33,315 nt of DNA. It comes from Octopus bimaculoides. Lineage: Eukaryota. The notes beneath the pieces were generated by a model, which had not been told where the DNA came from, ran no database searches, and worked only from the letters and a program-made list of their open reading frames with translations. Below, piece after piece: positions 1 to 11,258 of this stretch (the stretch's first letter is position 1; each line of letters opens with the position of its first letter). The stretch lies in contig NC_068981.1 in the NCBI RefSeq assembly GCF_001194135.2, positions 111,870,646 through 111,903,960 on the forward strand. Reading direction: 5' to 3'. A program made the position numbers and the translations under genes.

Positions 1-326
1 AATCTGAAAATTCAGAAAAAATTGTATTACACGTGTATAAGGGATGACCACTAGGTGGACATCCAATATGCTAGAAAGAGGTCATCAACGACCCAACCAC
101 AAAGAAAAATAATGTTCTCCGGGTTCCTAACCCATGAGCAAAGAGGGGTTAGATGATGGCGGTGGTGTTTTCAAAGGGATGGCATGTGTAACCTGATCAC
201 CTCTGCTGATCAAACTCTCAACCCATGCGCTCCAGTTGCAACACTGATTCTGCCCAAATTTGATGTCATGTTACTTAGTTTGATTTGAAATAAAGAACTT
301 GATTAGCTTAATAATCCCAACTTAAT

Positions 327-354
327 CCCGGGCAAAGCCGGGCTATACTGCTAG
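327..354 (+). mobile_element. Helitron-like 3' terminus (element probably extends upstream; 5' limit unknown)
   Basis: CCCGG-gcaaag-CCGGG hairpin (327-342), 8-nt spacer, CTAG (351-354), then T: the canonical Helitron 3' signature. Confidence 0.7.
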
Positions 355-520
355 TAATTAATATTTAGTTAGCATGTTCTACTGCCTCAATATTCCTCTA
401 GTAAATACCAGTTATCAGTCTTTATAGATACCACTTAATAGCTAATGAATAGATAAGTTAGTTTAAATGATTGAATTATTAAACATATTATATATATCTA
501 TATATATATATATATATCTA

Positions 521-721
521 TCTATATATATAAAAATGAGAATGTGTGTCTGTCTGTCTGTGTGTGTGTGTGTGTGTTTCCCTAAAACTCGAGAACTACA
601 CAACCAATTTCATTCAAATTTTACACGTGCCTTACTTAGGGTCCCGGTTGTGTTTTAGTCAAAAACAAAGGTTTAACTTCTTGCATAGTTCGAGCCCACA
701 GCAACATTATATCTCCTCCAC
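521..721 (+). mobile_element. Non-autonomous Helitron-like 5' end, running into an assembly gap
   Basis: A|TC start (TCTATATATATAAAAATGAG), then (TGTC)/(TG) microsatellite and aactacacaaccaatttcattcaaatttt, the usual layout of non-autonomous Helitron 5' ends. No matching 3' end seen after the gap. Confidence 0.55.
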
Positions 722-897
722 NNNNNNNNNNNNNNNNNNNNNNNNNNNNNNNNNNNNNNNNNNNNNNNNNNNNNNNNNNNNNNNNNNNNNNNNNNNNNNN
801 NNNNNNNNNNNNNNNNNNNNNATATATATATATATATATGTATGTATACACATATATATATGTGTGTGTGTGTGTATATATATATATATGTATATCA

Positions 898-1061
898 AAA
901 TTGTGATGGCACCTGTGCCCAGCATCGCCTGACTGGCCTTCATGCCGATGGCATGTAAAAGCACCCACTACACTCTGAGTAGTTGGCGTTTAGGAAGGGC
1001 ATCCAGCTGTTGATACTCTGTCAAATGCTGTGCGTGAGAAAACCGTGCAAGCCAAATGGAG
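898..1061 (+). mobile_element. Rearranged fragment of RTE subfamily-A 3' UTR
   Basis: Blocks match the UTR at 32650-32670, 32920-33015 (aagcacccactacactct...ggaagggcatccagctgt) and 32427-32455. Confidence 0.7.
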
Positions 1062-1447
1062 TTTAAATGTTCAAGTGGACTAAACCTTTCATATCCCCCC
1101 AAACAGATAACAACATCTTATGTGGGTGAAGACCTTTAGCCTGGAGTGCTGTTATTTCTCCTTTCTCTATCCACTGTCTTTAGCACTTGACATTGCTAGT
1201 CATTATTCTTTTCAAAACGGGTTCATTTGTGAGGTATGACAGCGAAGAAGAGCACACATTCACTCTCAGTGCGCAAAATAAAGTAATTAAGTCTGAATGA
1301 TTTGAGATGTCTAGATATCAAAAGCATCAACTCAAGTGTGCTGAAGAGATGATTGCAGTGGTTTAATGAATTAGTAATATACTTTGTAGCTGACTTTCTC
1401 TACTCATGCAAATTATTGACTTCAGTTTTTAATTTCTTATTCTTTAG

Positions 1448-1548
1448 AAACATGCCTATCCTGCTGATGAACTGATGCCTCTCAGTTGCAAAGAGCGCTA
1501 TCGAGGTCAAGAAAAATCACGAGGAGATATAGATGAATGCATGGGCAA
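1448..1548 (+). CDS. EDEM3: Internal coding exon of EDEM3-like ER degradation-enhancing alpha-mannosidase (GH47)
   Basis: Pyrimidine tract and AG at 1446-1447, GTAAGG donor at 1549. Phase-0 translation [33 protein letters not shown] matches the EDEM3 motif [32 protein letters not shown]. Ends in phase 2 (AA). Not in the ORF track. Confidence 0.93.
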
Positions 1549-1859
1549 GTAAGGCAGTTTTTTTATTTATTTATTTAACTTTAAAATGATATCTCTTTTA
1601 TTCTCAGATATTAAAAAAAAAAATTTTCTGTATATTAACAGCTTTAAAGTTAAAAGTGAAATCTCTCTGAAGGTGTATAAAATGATTATTTAAATACTTT
1701 TAAGAGAAGTTCTGGTTCAAGAACATGAGAAAAAAATGTTAATTTCATGATAGTGAAACCTCTTCATAAAATACATGGATAAAAATGCCTAATGAATTAT
1801 TTGCAACTCCTTTTAGGATAAAACATTGTTGATTTTGGATGTCAAATTTATTAACATCA

Positions 1860-1890
1860 CTAGCAGAAATACCCAGTGTTACCCGGGTTA
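1860..1890 (-). mobile_element. Helitron-like 3' terminus on the minus strand
   Basis: Reverse complement reads aacccgggtaacactgggtatttctgCTAG|T: CCCGG/CTGGG hairpin with one G-T pair, spacer, CTAG-T. Similar to 327-355. Confidence 0.6.
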
Positions 1891-2661
1891 AAGAAAATAA
1901 TGAAATCTAAAAACGCTGTCTAGATTATGCAGATCTCAACTGCTAGTAGCTGAGATACCAACTTTCTGCATTAATAACTCTCCAACCCATGCCCGCATGG
2001 AACATAGATAGTAAATGTTAAAAAAAAGTCTTCATCTCATATATGTATATAAAGTAAATACATGTAATTCAAAAACATGTTTTGTGTAGCTTATTTCATA
2101 AAGAAAAACAGGTACACATAGTTAATCAGACAATGCAGGTGGATATTTTCCCCAATGATATAATAGTAGCTGATAGATGGAGAGAGAGCCCTCAATTTAA
2201 TGAAACATGTTTTGAAAGAAGCTGAAAGTGTTTCAGCAAAGTCAGTTTAGTATAAAGTTAGTTTCATTTTGCACCAAAACTACAAATGCCATATTTCTTG
2301 TGAAGCAAGCCATACTTTGTATTTATTGATTTTCAGTAGGCTTTTAATAGAATCCCTTGCTTTGAAGTATCGTGCAATGTGAAGAAACTAAATATAAATG
2401 GTTTGAGAGTGACCAGACATTAAAGGTATCAACTGAAGTGTACTGAAGAAATGATTGCAGTGGTTTGGATTCTTAATTTAATTGGATGAGTGCTGGGTCA
2501 AAAAATGTCATTTATTCCCAATGGGTAGTACCTCTAGAAGAGGAAACTGAAGGAAGTAATATTAGTAATTTCAGAGAACCAGGTTGTATAGAAGAAAGAC
2601 AATTGGTTGATTTGGTCTGCTCATGCAAATTAACATTTAATTTCTTATTTCTTATTTATAG

Positions 2662-2715
2662 AAAGATGACTATCCTGCTGATGAACTGATGCCTCTCAGT
2701 TGCAAAATATGCTAG
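2662..2715 (+). pseudogene. EDEM3: Degenerate partial duplicate of the EDEM3 exon at 1448 (pseudo-exon)
   Basis: AG at 2660-2661, then [17 protein letters not shown]. 2671-2706 is identical to 1457-1492. Upstream intron blocks also match (2422-2465 vs 1321-1364; ctcatgcaaatta; aatttcttatt). Similarity stops at 2706 and TAG follows at 2713-2715. Confidence 0.85.
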
Positions 2716-3561
2716 AGCCTGCTTTTTCATACAGGATGAAATCCTTTTTCTTTATTAGTAGAGGCATCAATTACCAATATTATTCTGCATTTTCTTTACT
2801 CTGCTACTGTATGGCTTTGAAGGCATTTATTTATTTACATGTAAGTTTGTATGCATTGTGGGATAATTAAGATTGCAAACCAAAAGCTTTTATTGCAACC
2901 AGCCATGTCTGGGCCAAATGTGCCTTTCAGTGAGGGAGTATGGTAACCCAGGCATGATCTGACTCTGTAAGATCTTTCAGTTAAGGATTTGTAATCATAG
3001 ATTAACACACACACACACGGTAGCAATATCATCACAATCAAATAAGCAACTGGGAAAAAAAGAGCTTAGGGATGAGCTAAGCAACTTCTAATAAACAAAA
3101 CAATGATTTCAAAAGTACAATAGCATAGGAGGCATTTGGTTACAATCTTGTTGAAGTAGAGAAAAAGTAAAATGCTTTCAGTCCTGTTCACCTCTTGTAA
3201 ATCCTAGAATTCCAGAGACCACAAAGTCAGAAAACCAGGATTCGTCCTGATCTACCATCAGGAATTATCATTGAGAGAATAAGGTATTGCATGGAAATAT
3301 GTCAAGGAGTCAGTTCTGCCTTACACATGTCTTTTTGAGAATATCTTCAAAGTATATGTCAAAAATATAAACGATGAAGAAAAGATTGACTTGATTCTGT
3401 ATAGATATTAAGTTTGACCAAGGTAAGTATTCCTACCCGATTGTAAAGTGAAGGAAGCCAGACTAACAAATCTATATTAAATGATTTAATTTTCTTGTAT
3501 CTGATAAGAAATGAACTAGAGCTCAAAAGATAAATGAAAATATGTCCTGTGATGGATCTAA

Positions 3562-6060
3562 CATTATCATCATCATTTAACATCTGTCTTCCATGCTTAC
3601 ATGGGTAGGATGATGGACAGGAACTGACCAGGTAGAAGACTATTTTAGGCTGCTGTGTCTGTTTTGGCAGAGTTTTTTTTATGGTTGGATGCCCTTCCTA
3701 ACACCAACCACTCTGTAGAGTGGACTCAGTGCTTTTTTATGTTGCACTAGCACAAGTGAGGTTAGTTTTGGCATGATTTTTACAGCTGGATGCCCATCCA
3801 AATGCCAACCACTTTATAGTGTGAACTGGATGCTTTTTAAGTGGCACCAGTACTGGCAGGGTCACTAAGTAACTCACAAGACAAGGGATTTTGAGAGGGA
3901 CAGGGGCATTTGAGGAGGGAACTTGTGTTAAAGGATGAAAGGCTAGAGTGAGACAGAGAGGCAGAAACAGGTGTCTTGCTATTGAGGTGGTACATGGTTA
4001 CCCAGAGACAGAGGACAAGAAAGAGGACAGAAACAGGTGTGCTGATGTAAAAGAGATACTTGGTTACCTCGTCAGAGGGAAAGCAAGAGAAGGAGAGAGA
4101 GAGAGTGATCAAGAATGAGGGCAGAAACAGGTGTGCTGCTGTAGATGGCATACATGGCTACCCAGCCAGAGGGAAGAGCAATGGAAAGGGAGAGAGAGAG
4201 TGAGTAACAGTAAAAGTGCAAGAGAGAACAGGAGATGATGTGCCAGTGCATATTCGCAAGTAACATAGATCAGAGCATAGATGTGATGGTAAAGTAAGGA
4301 GGAGAGGTATGGAGGTCATAATATACATGGTCAGGTATTGCCAAGAAGGCACAAGTAAAGAGTGGGAATTGCAGTGACTGGTAAAAATCTGGGTATAAAG
4401 ATAGGGTAGGGGGAAAGCAGCAATACAGTGAGCAGGGCAGTGAGGGGAGGAAAGGGGATTGGAAGACAATCATTGTTTATGAAGAAGAAATGGGAAGAAG
4501 AGAACGATACAGTTTAGAAGAGGAGATGTAGTTCGGTTTCTTGGGGTAGAGTGTGTGAAAAGTTGATCTTACATGTGGGTGGAACACAGTGCTTCTAGAA
4601 CTCAGTTTCACTGACATAGGTGGGACTTCTTTAGAATCTCATATTGCCAAACATCTCAATCTATTGTCATTTCCTCTATGAGCCCTAACATCCTAAGATC
4701 AGTCCTCACCACTTCATTCCATGTCTTCCTGGGTCTCCCTCTTCCACCAGTACCATTCACTTTCAGTGATTGACACTTCTGTATAGAGCTGTCTTTACTC
4801 ATATGCATCACATGTCCAAACCAATGCATTCTCCTCTCTTGCAAGCAACATTTAATCCCTTTTATGCTTAACTTTTCTTTCAACACAGTTGCACTTTGTT
4901 GGTCATGCACACTGATGTTGCAAATCCAATGGAGCATATTACCTTCATTCCTCTCCAGTCAATGCATGTCCTCTGCATTCAGAGCCCATGTCTGACTACC
5001 ATGAGTATGGCCATTCTCACACAAGCGTCATACAATCTACCTTTCACTCTAAGAGAGAATCCTTTTGTTGCCAACAGAGGCAGTAGCTCTCTGAACTTCC
5101 TCCATCCTATTCTTAGTCTACAAACAATACTTTCAGAACATCCACCACCATTACTAATTTTGTCACCGAAGTAGCAGAAACTATCTACTATGTCAAGAGA
5201 GCCACCTGGGCATTTAATTGAGTCCAAGTTCCATGTGCTCTTAGTACTTATTGTTCCTGTACATCTGCCACACATGAAAGTGACCTTATCTGTTAATCTA
5301 CCTTTGATTCCACTGCATCTCTTATGTATCTGCAGCTTATACTTGATGTAGCAAATGGAATTACTTCCCACTCCTTTCCTACATATTGAACATGGTCATT
5401 TTCCTGAAGAAAGAGAATCTTATTTGCTTTCTTGCTAACAACAGCTTTAGTCTTTGCTAGGTTAACTTTAAGGCTAAGGCATTTTGATTCCAGCTTTTAC
5501 TTCCAAATTGAGAATTTCTCCAATTCTGCTTCAGATTCTGCAATAAGAGCAAGGTCATCAGCATATAACATTTCCCATGGGATTCCAATTTTGAATTTCT
5601 CTGTTATGGCCTGGAGAACTGGGATAAATAAGAATGGACTAAGCACTGATCACTAGTGAACTCCAACTTGTATGCTAAATTCATCACTGTATTCAAGGCC
5701 GACTCTCACCTTACTGACAGCATTGCTGTACATGGCTTGTATGGTTCTAATGAGCCACTCTTCTACTCCTAGCTTCCTTAGAGACCACCAATTAAGAGAG
5801 CAGGGAACCCTGTTGAAAGCTTTCTCCAGGTCAATGAAGGCTAAGTACAATGGTTTACTTATGACCAAATACTTTTCTTGCAGTTGTCTCACTAGGAAGA
5901 TAGCATCTGTAGTACTTTCCCAGGAACAAAACCAATCTGCATCTCGTCTAGTTTAACTCTATTCCTAATCAATTGAGCTGTAACTCTCTCTGTAATTTTC
6001 ATGACCTGATTCAACAGCTTGATACCTCTGTAGTTGTTTCTATCTAAGGCATCACCTTTA
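3562..6060 (-). mobile_element. 5'-truncated, decayed RTE-clade LINE (subfamily B) with ~1.1-kb 3' UTR and (GAT)n tail
   Basis: Minus-strand fragments: NYRGIKLLNQVMK (~6030), RQLQEKYL..KPLYLAFIDLEKAF (5653-5892), RLRIGWRKFRELLPLL (4979-5371), HWFGHVMHM..GRGRPRKTW (4656-4937). Tail catcatcat at 3562-3576. Several frameshifts and stops. Confidence 0.92.
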
Positions 6061-6066
6061 ATAAGA

Positions 6067-6195
6067 GGAGTAGTAGTACTCCATTGGTTACGACAACAAG
6101 TGTCCTAGCTGATATGATCAACGGAACAGCTTGCTCGTGAAATTAACGTGCAAGTAGCTAAGCACTCCACAGACATGTGTACCCTTAACATAGGG
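6067..6195 (+). repeat. Probable SINE-like interspersed repeat fragment
   Basis: gatcaacggaacagcttgctcgtgaaattaacgtgcaag resembles a cephalopod interspersed repeat as I recall it. No second copy in the window, so it cannot be verified here. Confidence 0.3.
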
Positions 6196-6819
6196 CCAGT
6201 AAAGAGTGGGGTAAGAAGGGTATGAAAGTAGTCATATGTCCATATATATACATATACACAGTATTAACCTCATATATTTATATATACATACATCATATAT
6301 GTCTATATACGCAAACCCTATGCAGCATGGTATGAATCTTACATATTCATACATACAGACACGTATGTATGCATGCATGCATACAAGAACAGATGAGGTA
6401 GAACAATTAGATGTGAAGGGCAATGCAGGCTTTATGGATGTATGCTAAATGTGTCTCATTGATGTACAAAATATCATAATGCTATCTTTCTATGAATCAT
6501 GATATAGGGCAGGGGTAGGCAACTTTTTGAGAGTGCGTGCCAAAACTGCCAAAAATCTCTGATACAAAATTCTTTCACATGTGCCAACTAAATTTTTTTG
6601 AGAACATATGTCAAAAATCAATCAGCTGTTAAGGTACAACATTCAGTAAATTCCATAAAAAAATGTTATTTATTTTTGTAGGTGGAAATTGACATTTTCT
6701 TTGAAGGCAGCATAAAATGAAAGAGAGGGGAAATAGACATGAATGTATGTATGTGTTGATGAGGGGTGTGAGACAGAAAGTGCATGTGTGTGTGGGTGTG
6801 TGAGGGAGAGAGAGCATAC

Positions 6820-7074
6820 ATTTAAAAAAAATTTTCTCATCTTTTTTGAGTGTGTGAGTGATTTACTGAGAGAGAGGTGTGTTGTTGTGTGTGCATGAGA
6901 GAGATAGTGTAAATTTTATTTATTTACTTTTTCATGCATCTTTTTTAGTGAGAGAGAGAGAAGGTGTCTTGCTCTGTGTGTGTCAGAGAGAGAGAGAGAG
7001 AGTAAGTGATAGTATAAATTTTATTTCTTTAGTTTTTCTTTCAAAAATTTTTTTACTGTCACTCTCTCCCTCTT

Positions 7075-7114
<40 letters not shown>

Positions 7115-7211
7115 CAAGACATTTTCTCTCTCTCTGACAACACCTCTCTCTCTCTCTGTCAATCACACACTAAAAAAAGATGCGAGAAAAAGTAAATAAA
7201 TAAATAAAATT
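6820..7211. repeat. GA/CA microsatellite-rich foldback inside the hAT element
   Basis: 6910-6982 is the inverted complement of about 7100-7211. 6820-6880 is a further copy of the same unit. (CA)n at 7078-7112. Abuts the N gap. Confidence 0.7.
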
Positions 7212-7797
7212 NNNNNNNNNNNNNNNNNNNNNNNNNNNNNNNNNNNNNNNNNNNNNNNNNNNNNNNNNNNNNNNNNNNNNNNNNNNNNNNNNNNNNNNNN
7301 NNNNNNNNNNNNNNNNNNNNNNNNNNNNNNNNNNNNNNNNNNNNNNNNNNNNNNNNNNNNNNNNNNNNNNNNNNNNNNNNNNNNNNNNNNNNNNNNNNNN
7401 NNNNNNNNNNNNNNNNNNNNNNNNNNNNNNNNNNNNNNNNNNNNNNNNNNNNNNNNNNNNNNNNNNNNNNNNNNNNNNNNNNNNNNNNNNNNNNNNNNNN
7501 NNNNNNNNNNNNNNNNNNNNNNNNNNNNNNNNNCTTAAGGAAGTGTATGTTAAGAACTTTTTTAATAAATGATAAAAAAAATCACCAGAGTAGTTAAACA
7601 CAGTATATAATAATGGAAAATATATTTATTCACCTTCAATCAAAAAACAGTGAATCTTTGCCACTTTCAACGAAGACATTAGATAAAATATCAGTCCGGC
7701 AGAAAACTAGCAGACAACCTTTGCAACTTTCAAAAGAAATATTAGTTTGATAGAAAACTTGCTGACTCCTTTCGATATACATGTATATGCAGTATTA

Positions 7798-9610
7798 TCA
7801 GTGGAACTTCTGCTGCTGCATCACTGATGACAGAGATTTTGTATCGGGTTTATATTTTGTAACCTTCAAAGATATGCAGGCACTATTAGTTTCATCCGTC
7901 AGGTTACTCCTATTACAAGACTTAACAAAGTTCATCACTCAGAACAAGGATTCACAGGCATATGTTGATGAAAACATGGATATTAGTGCTGTTGCAAAGT
8001 TTTTCAACTGGAATTTTCTGGAATGGCATTCCAAATCCTTAATAACTTGTTTTCTGCACTCCTCTCTGGTACTCCTATATCTAATCACTTTTTTTCAATA
8101 TTTTCTAAGTCAACTCTAAGGTCAATAAATTTTTACTTCCAAATTGAGCTACCTTGAAGTTCAATCAACTGCATTTCAAAATCAATCATGTCTATCCATG
8201 AAAACATTTGTAAGTTTAGTTCTTCCAGTTTGATTCCAGTTCCCTGAATTTAGCAAGCCTTGTGGAAAACTGTTCAACAGTTGACTTGATAATGTTTACA
8301 AACAACTTTTGAAGACATTGGCGCTCTGTTCTGTCATCTTTTGAGAGATCATTGATGTACCTCTTTAGGTTTGGGAAGTATCTAAATCTCTCATTGTCCA
8401 CATCCTTCTTAAAAACTTCTAGCTTCATTTTAAAAGCCTTTATGTAACCAAACATAACATCAAGTGCCTTACCAGAGCCTTGTAATTTAACATTCAAGTC
8501 ATTCAAATGTTCACAAAAATCTGCAAAGAAACACCAGTTTATAAACCCACATGATGTCAGACAATTCTTGATGAGAAACATGTTGGTCATTCAAAAAGAG
8601 TTTTATCTCATTTAAGCATTCAACAAATCATTTCAGAACCAAACCACGGTTAAGCCATCGAGCATTTTTGTACATTTTCAGTCCTCTGTACACAGATTCT
8701 ACCTCATTCATTAAACTTAAAATTGTCTTTTATTTAAAACCCGAGCAGAAATGTAATTAACAACCTTGGTAACAGTCTACATCACTTCTTGAAGTTCCTT
8801 TAGGCCAGCTTTTGCACATAAAATCTCCTCATGTATGATGCAATGAAAACCTATCAGTGTATGACCAACTTCTTTTGCAAACAGATTTACAAATCCTGCC
8901 TTCTCACCAGTCATGCTGGGGGCACCATCTGTTGTGAGGGATACTACTTTTGAAATGTCAATATGTTGAGAAGAGAATTCATTCACAGCTGCTTTACATA
9001 TTTCAGCCCAGTTCACATATTTCGTCACCTTTACAAAATCAAGAAAAAATGACTAACCTAGCTGACGATGTAATGTCTGTACTTTCATCAATACAAATAG
9101 AAAAAATCTCCATCTTAAATATTCTATCCTTAACTGTTTTCCTACTTACAGACAATTTTTTAATGCATTGAATAATCTTTTCCTTTTCTGAAAAATTGTC
9201 AAAAAGGAAAGGTGCACACTCTAGCCAAGCTTCTTTAATATACTCCTCATCACTGAGTGGCTTTCCATGTTGGGCAATAATTTTTGAAACCTCAAAACTA
9301 GTAACAACTAAGTTGAAACTGGGCTTGCCTGAGATAAAGCTTATAAAAGTATCAGCCTGTTTTTTTTGTTTTGCTGAGTTCATGAAAAATTAATTCTCTT
9401 TGTTTTCTTCAGTTTTATTGCGTAAGTTCTTATGAACACTTTCAAAATGCTTTTTACAGAAGTTCTACAAACAACAGTTTCGGAACAGAAAATACATAAT
9501 GCTTTATTGTCTCTCTTAATCATAACAAACTTTTCAGACCAGTATTTTTGAAATTCTCAAATAACCTCTTCAGATGAATGACATCGTTTCTTAGCTAGTG
9601 GTCCTGACAT
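7798..9610 (-). pseudogene. Disrupted hAT transposase
   Basis: N-terminal ALCIFC..H zinc-finger-like region, SICIDESTD, SLTTDGAPSMTG, HCIIH, and C-terminal FSSTYACESLF..MNFVKS..RSNLTDE dimerisation motif ending at TGA 7798-7800. Broken by stops and frameshifts. Confidence 0.92.
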
Positions 9611-11258
9611 TCTGCACAATGTATAAAGGGCAGAAAAAAAAAATACACGAGATAATGATATATATGAAAAAGGAGGAAAGAGAAATGTAGAACAAACCAC
9701 TTTACTTTTTATTAGTATTTTAATTAAAGAAAATAGTTTGCTATCCCCACAAAATGGTAGGAAGGGCACAGCACAAAGATCAGTAAAGAAAAGACAAAGT
9801 CTGTAACAAATTGAAATTTTATGGCCGTGAATAATTTGACGCTTACAGTAAATCATTTCAAGAAGCGATGACATGTGCAACAGTTCAAGCTCGAAATAAC
9901 AGTCTGGGGTATGCACAATCTTGTATGTATGCAATACATGTACTCTATATGCACAATGTACACACAACAACTACAATGAAAACATTACCACAATCAACTA
10001 ACCCAGACTTGCATGTGAACTGAATTTAGAAGCATTGACCTGTAGTCCTCTAAATGCAATTTAGTCACTTGAACATCGACAGACATCAAATGATCTGTTT
10101 AACAAAAACTACAATACAGTACTGGCTTATTTATTAGAAAAAGTTAAGATATTATTGTATACATGCTGTACAAGTATATCTACTGTATTCATAAGTCATA
10201 ACAAATAGCATGATAGGAAATCTGAGAAAAACTACATAAAGGTAAGTTTATTTTTCAACTTACGTTTAATATGTAGCAGCTGAGGGTCACCGATTGTGGC
10301 AGCTGAAGTGACATGCCATATCATGTCAGGTTCACCAAATGTAGCAGGATGTATAGCAAAATGTGATGAATCAGTGGCATTGAAGGAAAACAAATGAAAA
10401 AGAATAGGAATGCAGTTTTCCCATTTGTTACAGTTTCATCGGCCAGGTAAAAATGGGAGAAAGAGAATGTTGATGTAACGTACAAGGCATATTTTGTCTG
10501 TGTGTGCATTTGTCATTTGGTCGTGTTATGTTGTTTTTCTATTTTGTCTGTTTGACAGGACAACGAAATTTTTCATGCCTGGTCAGCCAATAGCGGTAGA
10601 TCGAGTGAGCGAGAATCCTTAGATTCAGTTTCAAATTTCAGCCTGGAAAATAAAATGTAGTTTCCACAAATATATAGATCGGATCTGTAATATACTATTG
10701 ACAGAAAGTCGTTAAATGGAGGGTTACTAGAGAGAGAGTTTCGTGTGCCAGAAACAAGTTATTGGCGTGCTATGTTTGGCACACATGCCAGGGGCTGCCC
10801 GCCCTAGATATAGGGGCTAAAGCACAATACAATGCAAGCAATAGAAAGGATAGTTGTGAAGATTGAAATATAAGTTACGGTAATGTAAAGGGTATGTGTA
10901 TGAATACTGGTGATATGCTCTTGTCAGAATCATAGTTTTATGTGGGCATAAAAGATCAAACATAATCACCTGGAACAGTAAAGAAAGTGTACGAAACAGT
11001 AAAAATTAGTTGGCCTATTAATACATTAAAAAGAAAATATCCATACTGAAACAAATTCTCTGGATACAAATGCTGCCTTTGGACTATAGTTTTAGATTTA
11101 TAGCTGTGATTATTGCATGTTTTGGCTATGTAACTGGCTGCCTGAGTACTACACAAAACTACAGTTACAAGTCAGAGCTGTGAAAATATGTAAAGCATTT
11201 CAGAAGTTTAGCTTATTATAGATGCATATACGCATGTATAGACATTCAAACATATGTA

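Larger units (their letters stand above)
6510..10807 (-). mobile_element. hAT (SPIN/Charlie/Buster-like) DNA transposon with both ends
   Basis: Left TIR CAGGGGTAGGCAAC at 6510. Degenerate right TIR (ggcacacatgccaggggctgcccgccctag) ends at 10807. Identical 8-bp flanks ATATAGGG at 6502-6509 and 10808-10815 with central TA, as expected for this hAT group. Confidence 0.85.

Noticed and set aside
1205-1240. gag|GTATGA donor as a candidate for the preceding EDEM3 exon
   Set aside because: The phase-0 translation (GFICE) does not resemble the expected MF.HAY..YM. That exon is probably upstream of the window.
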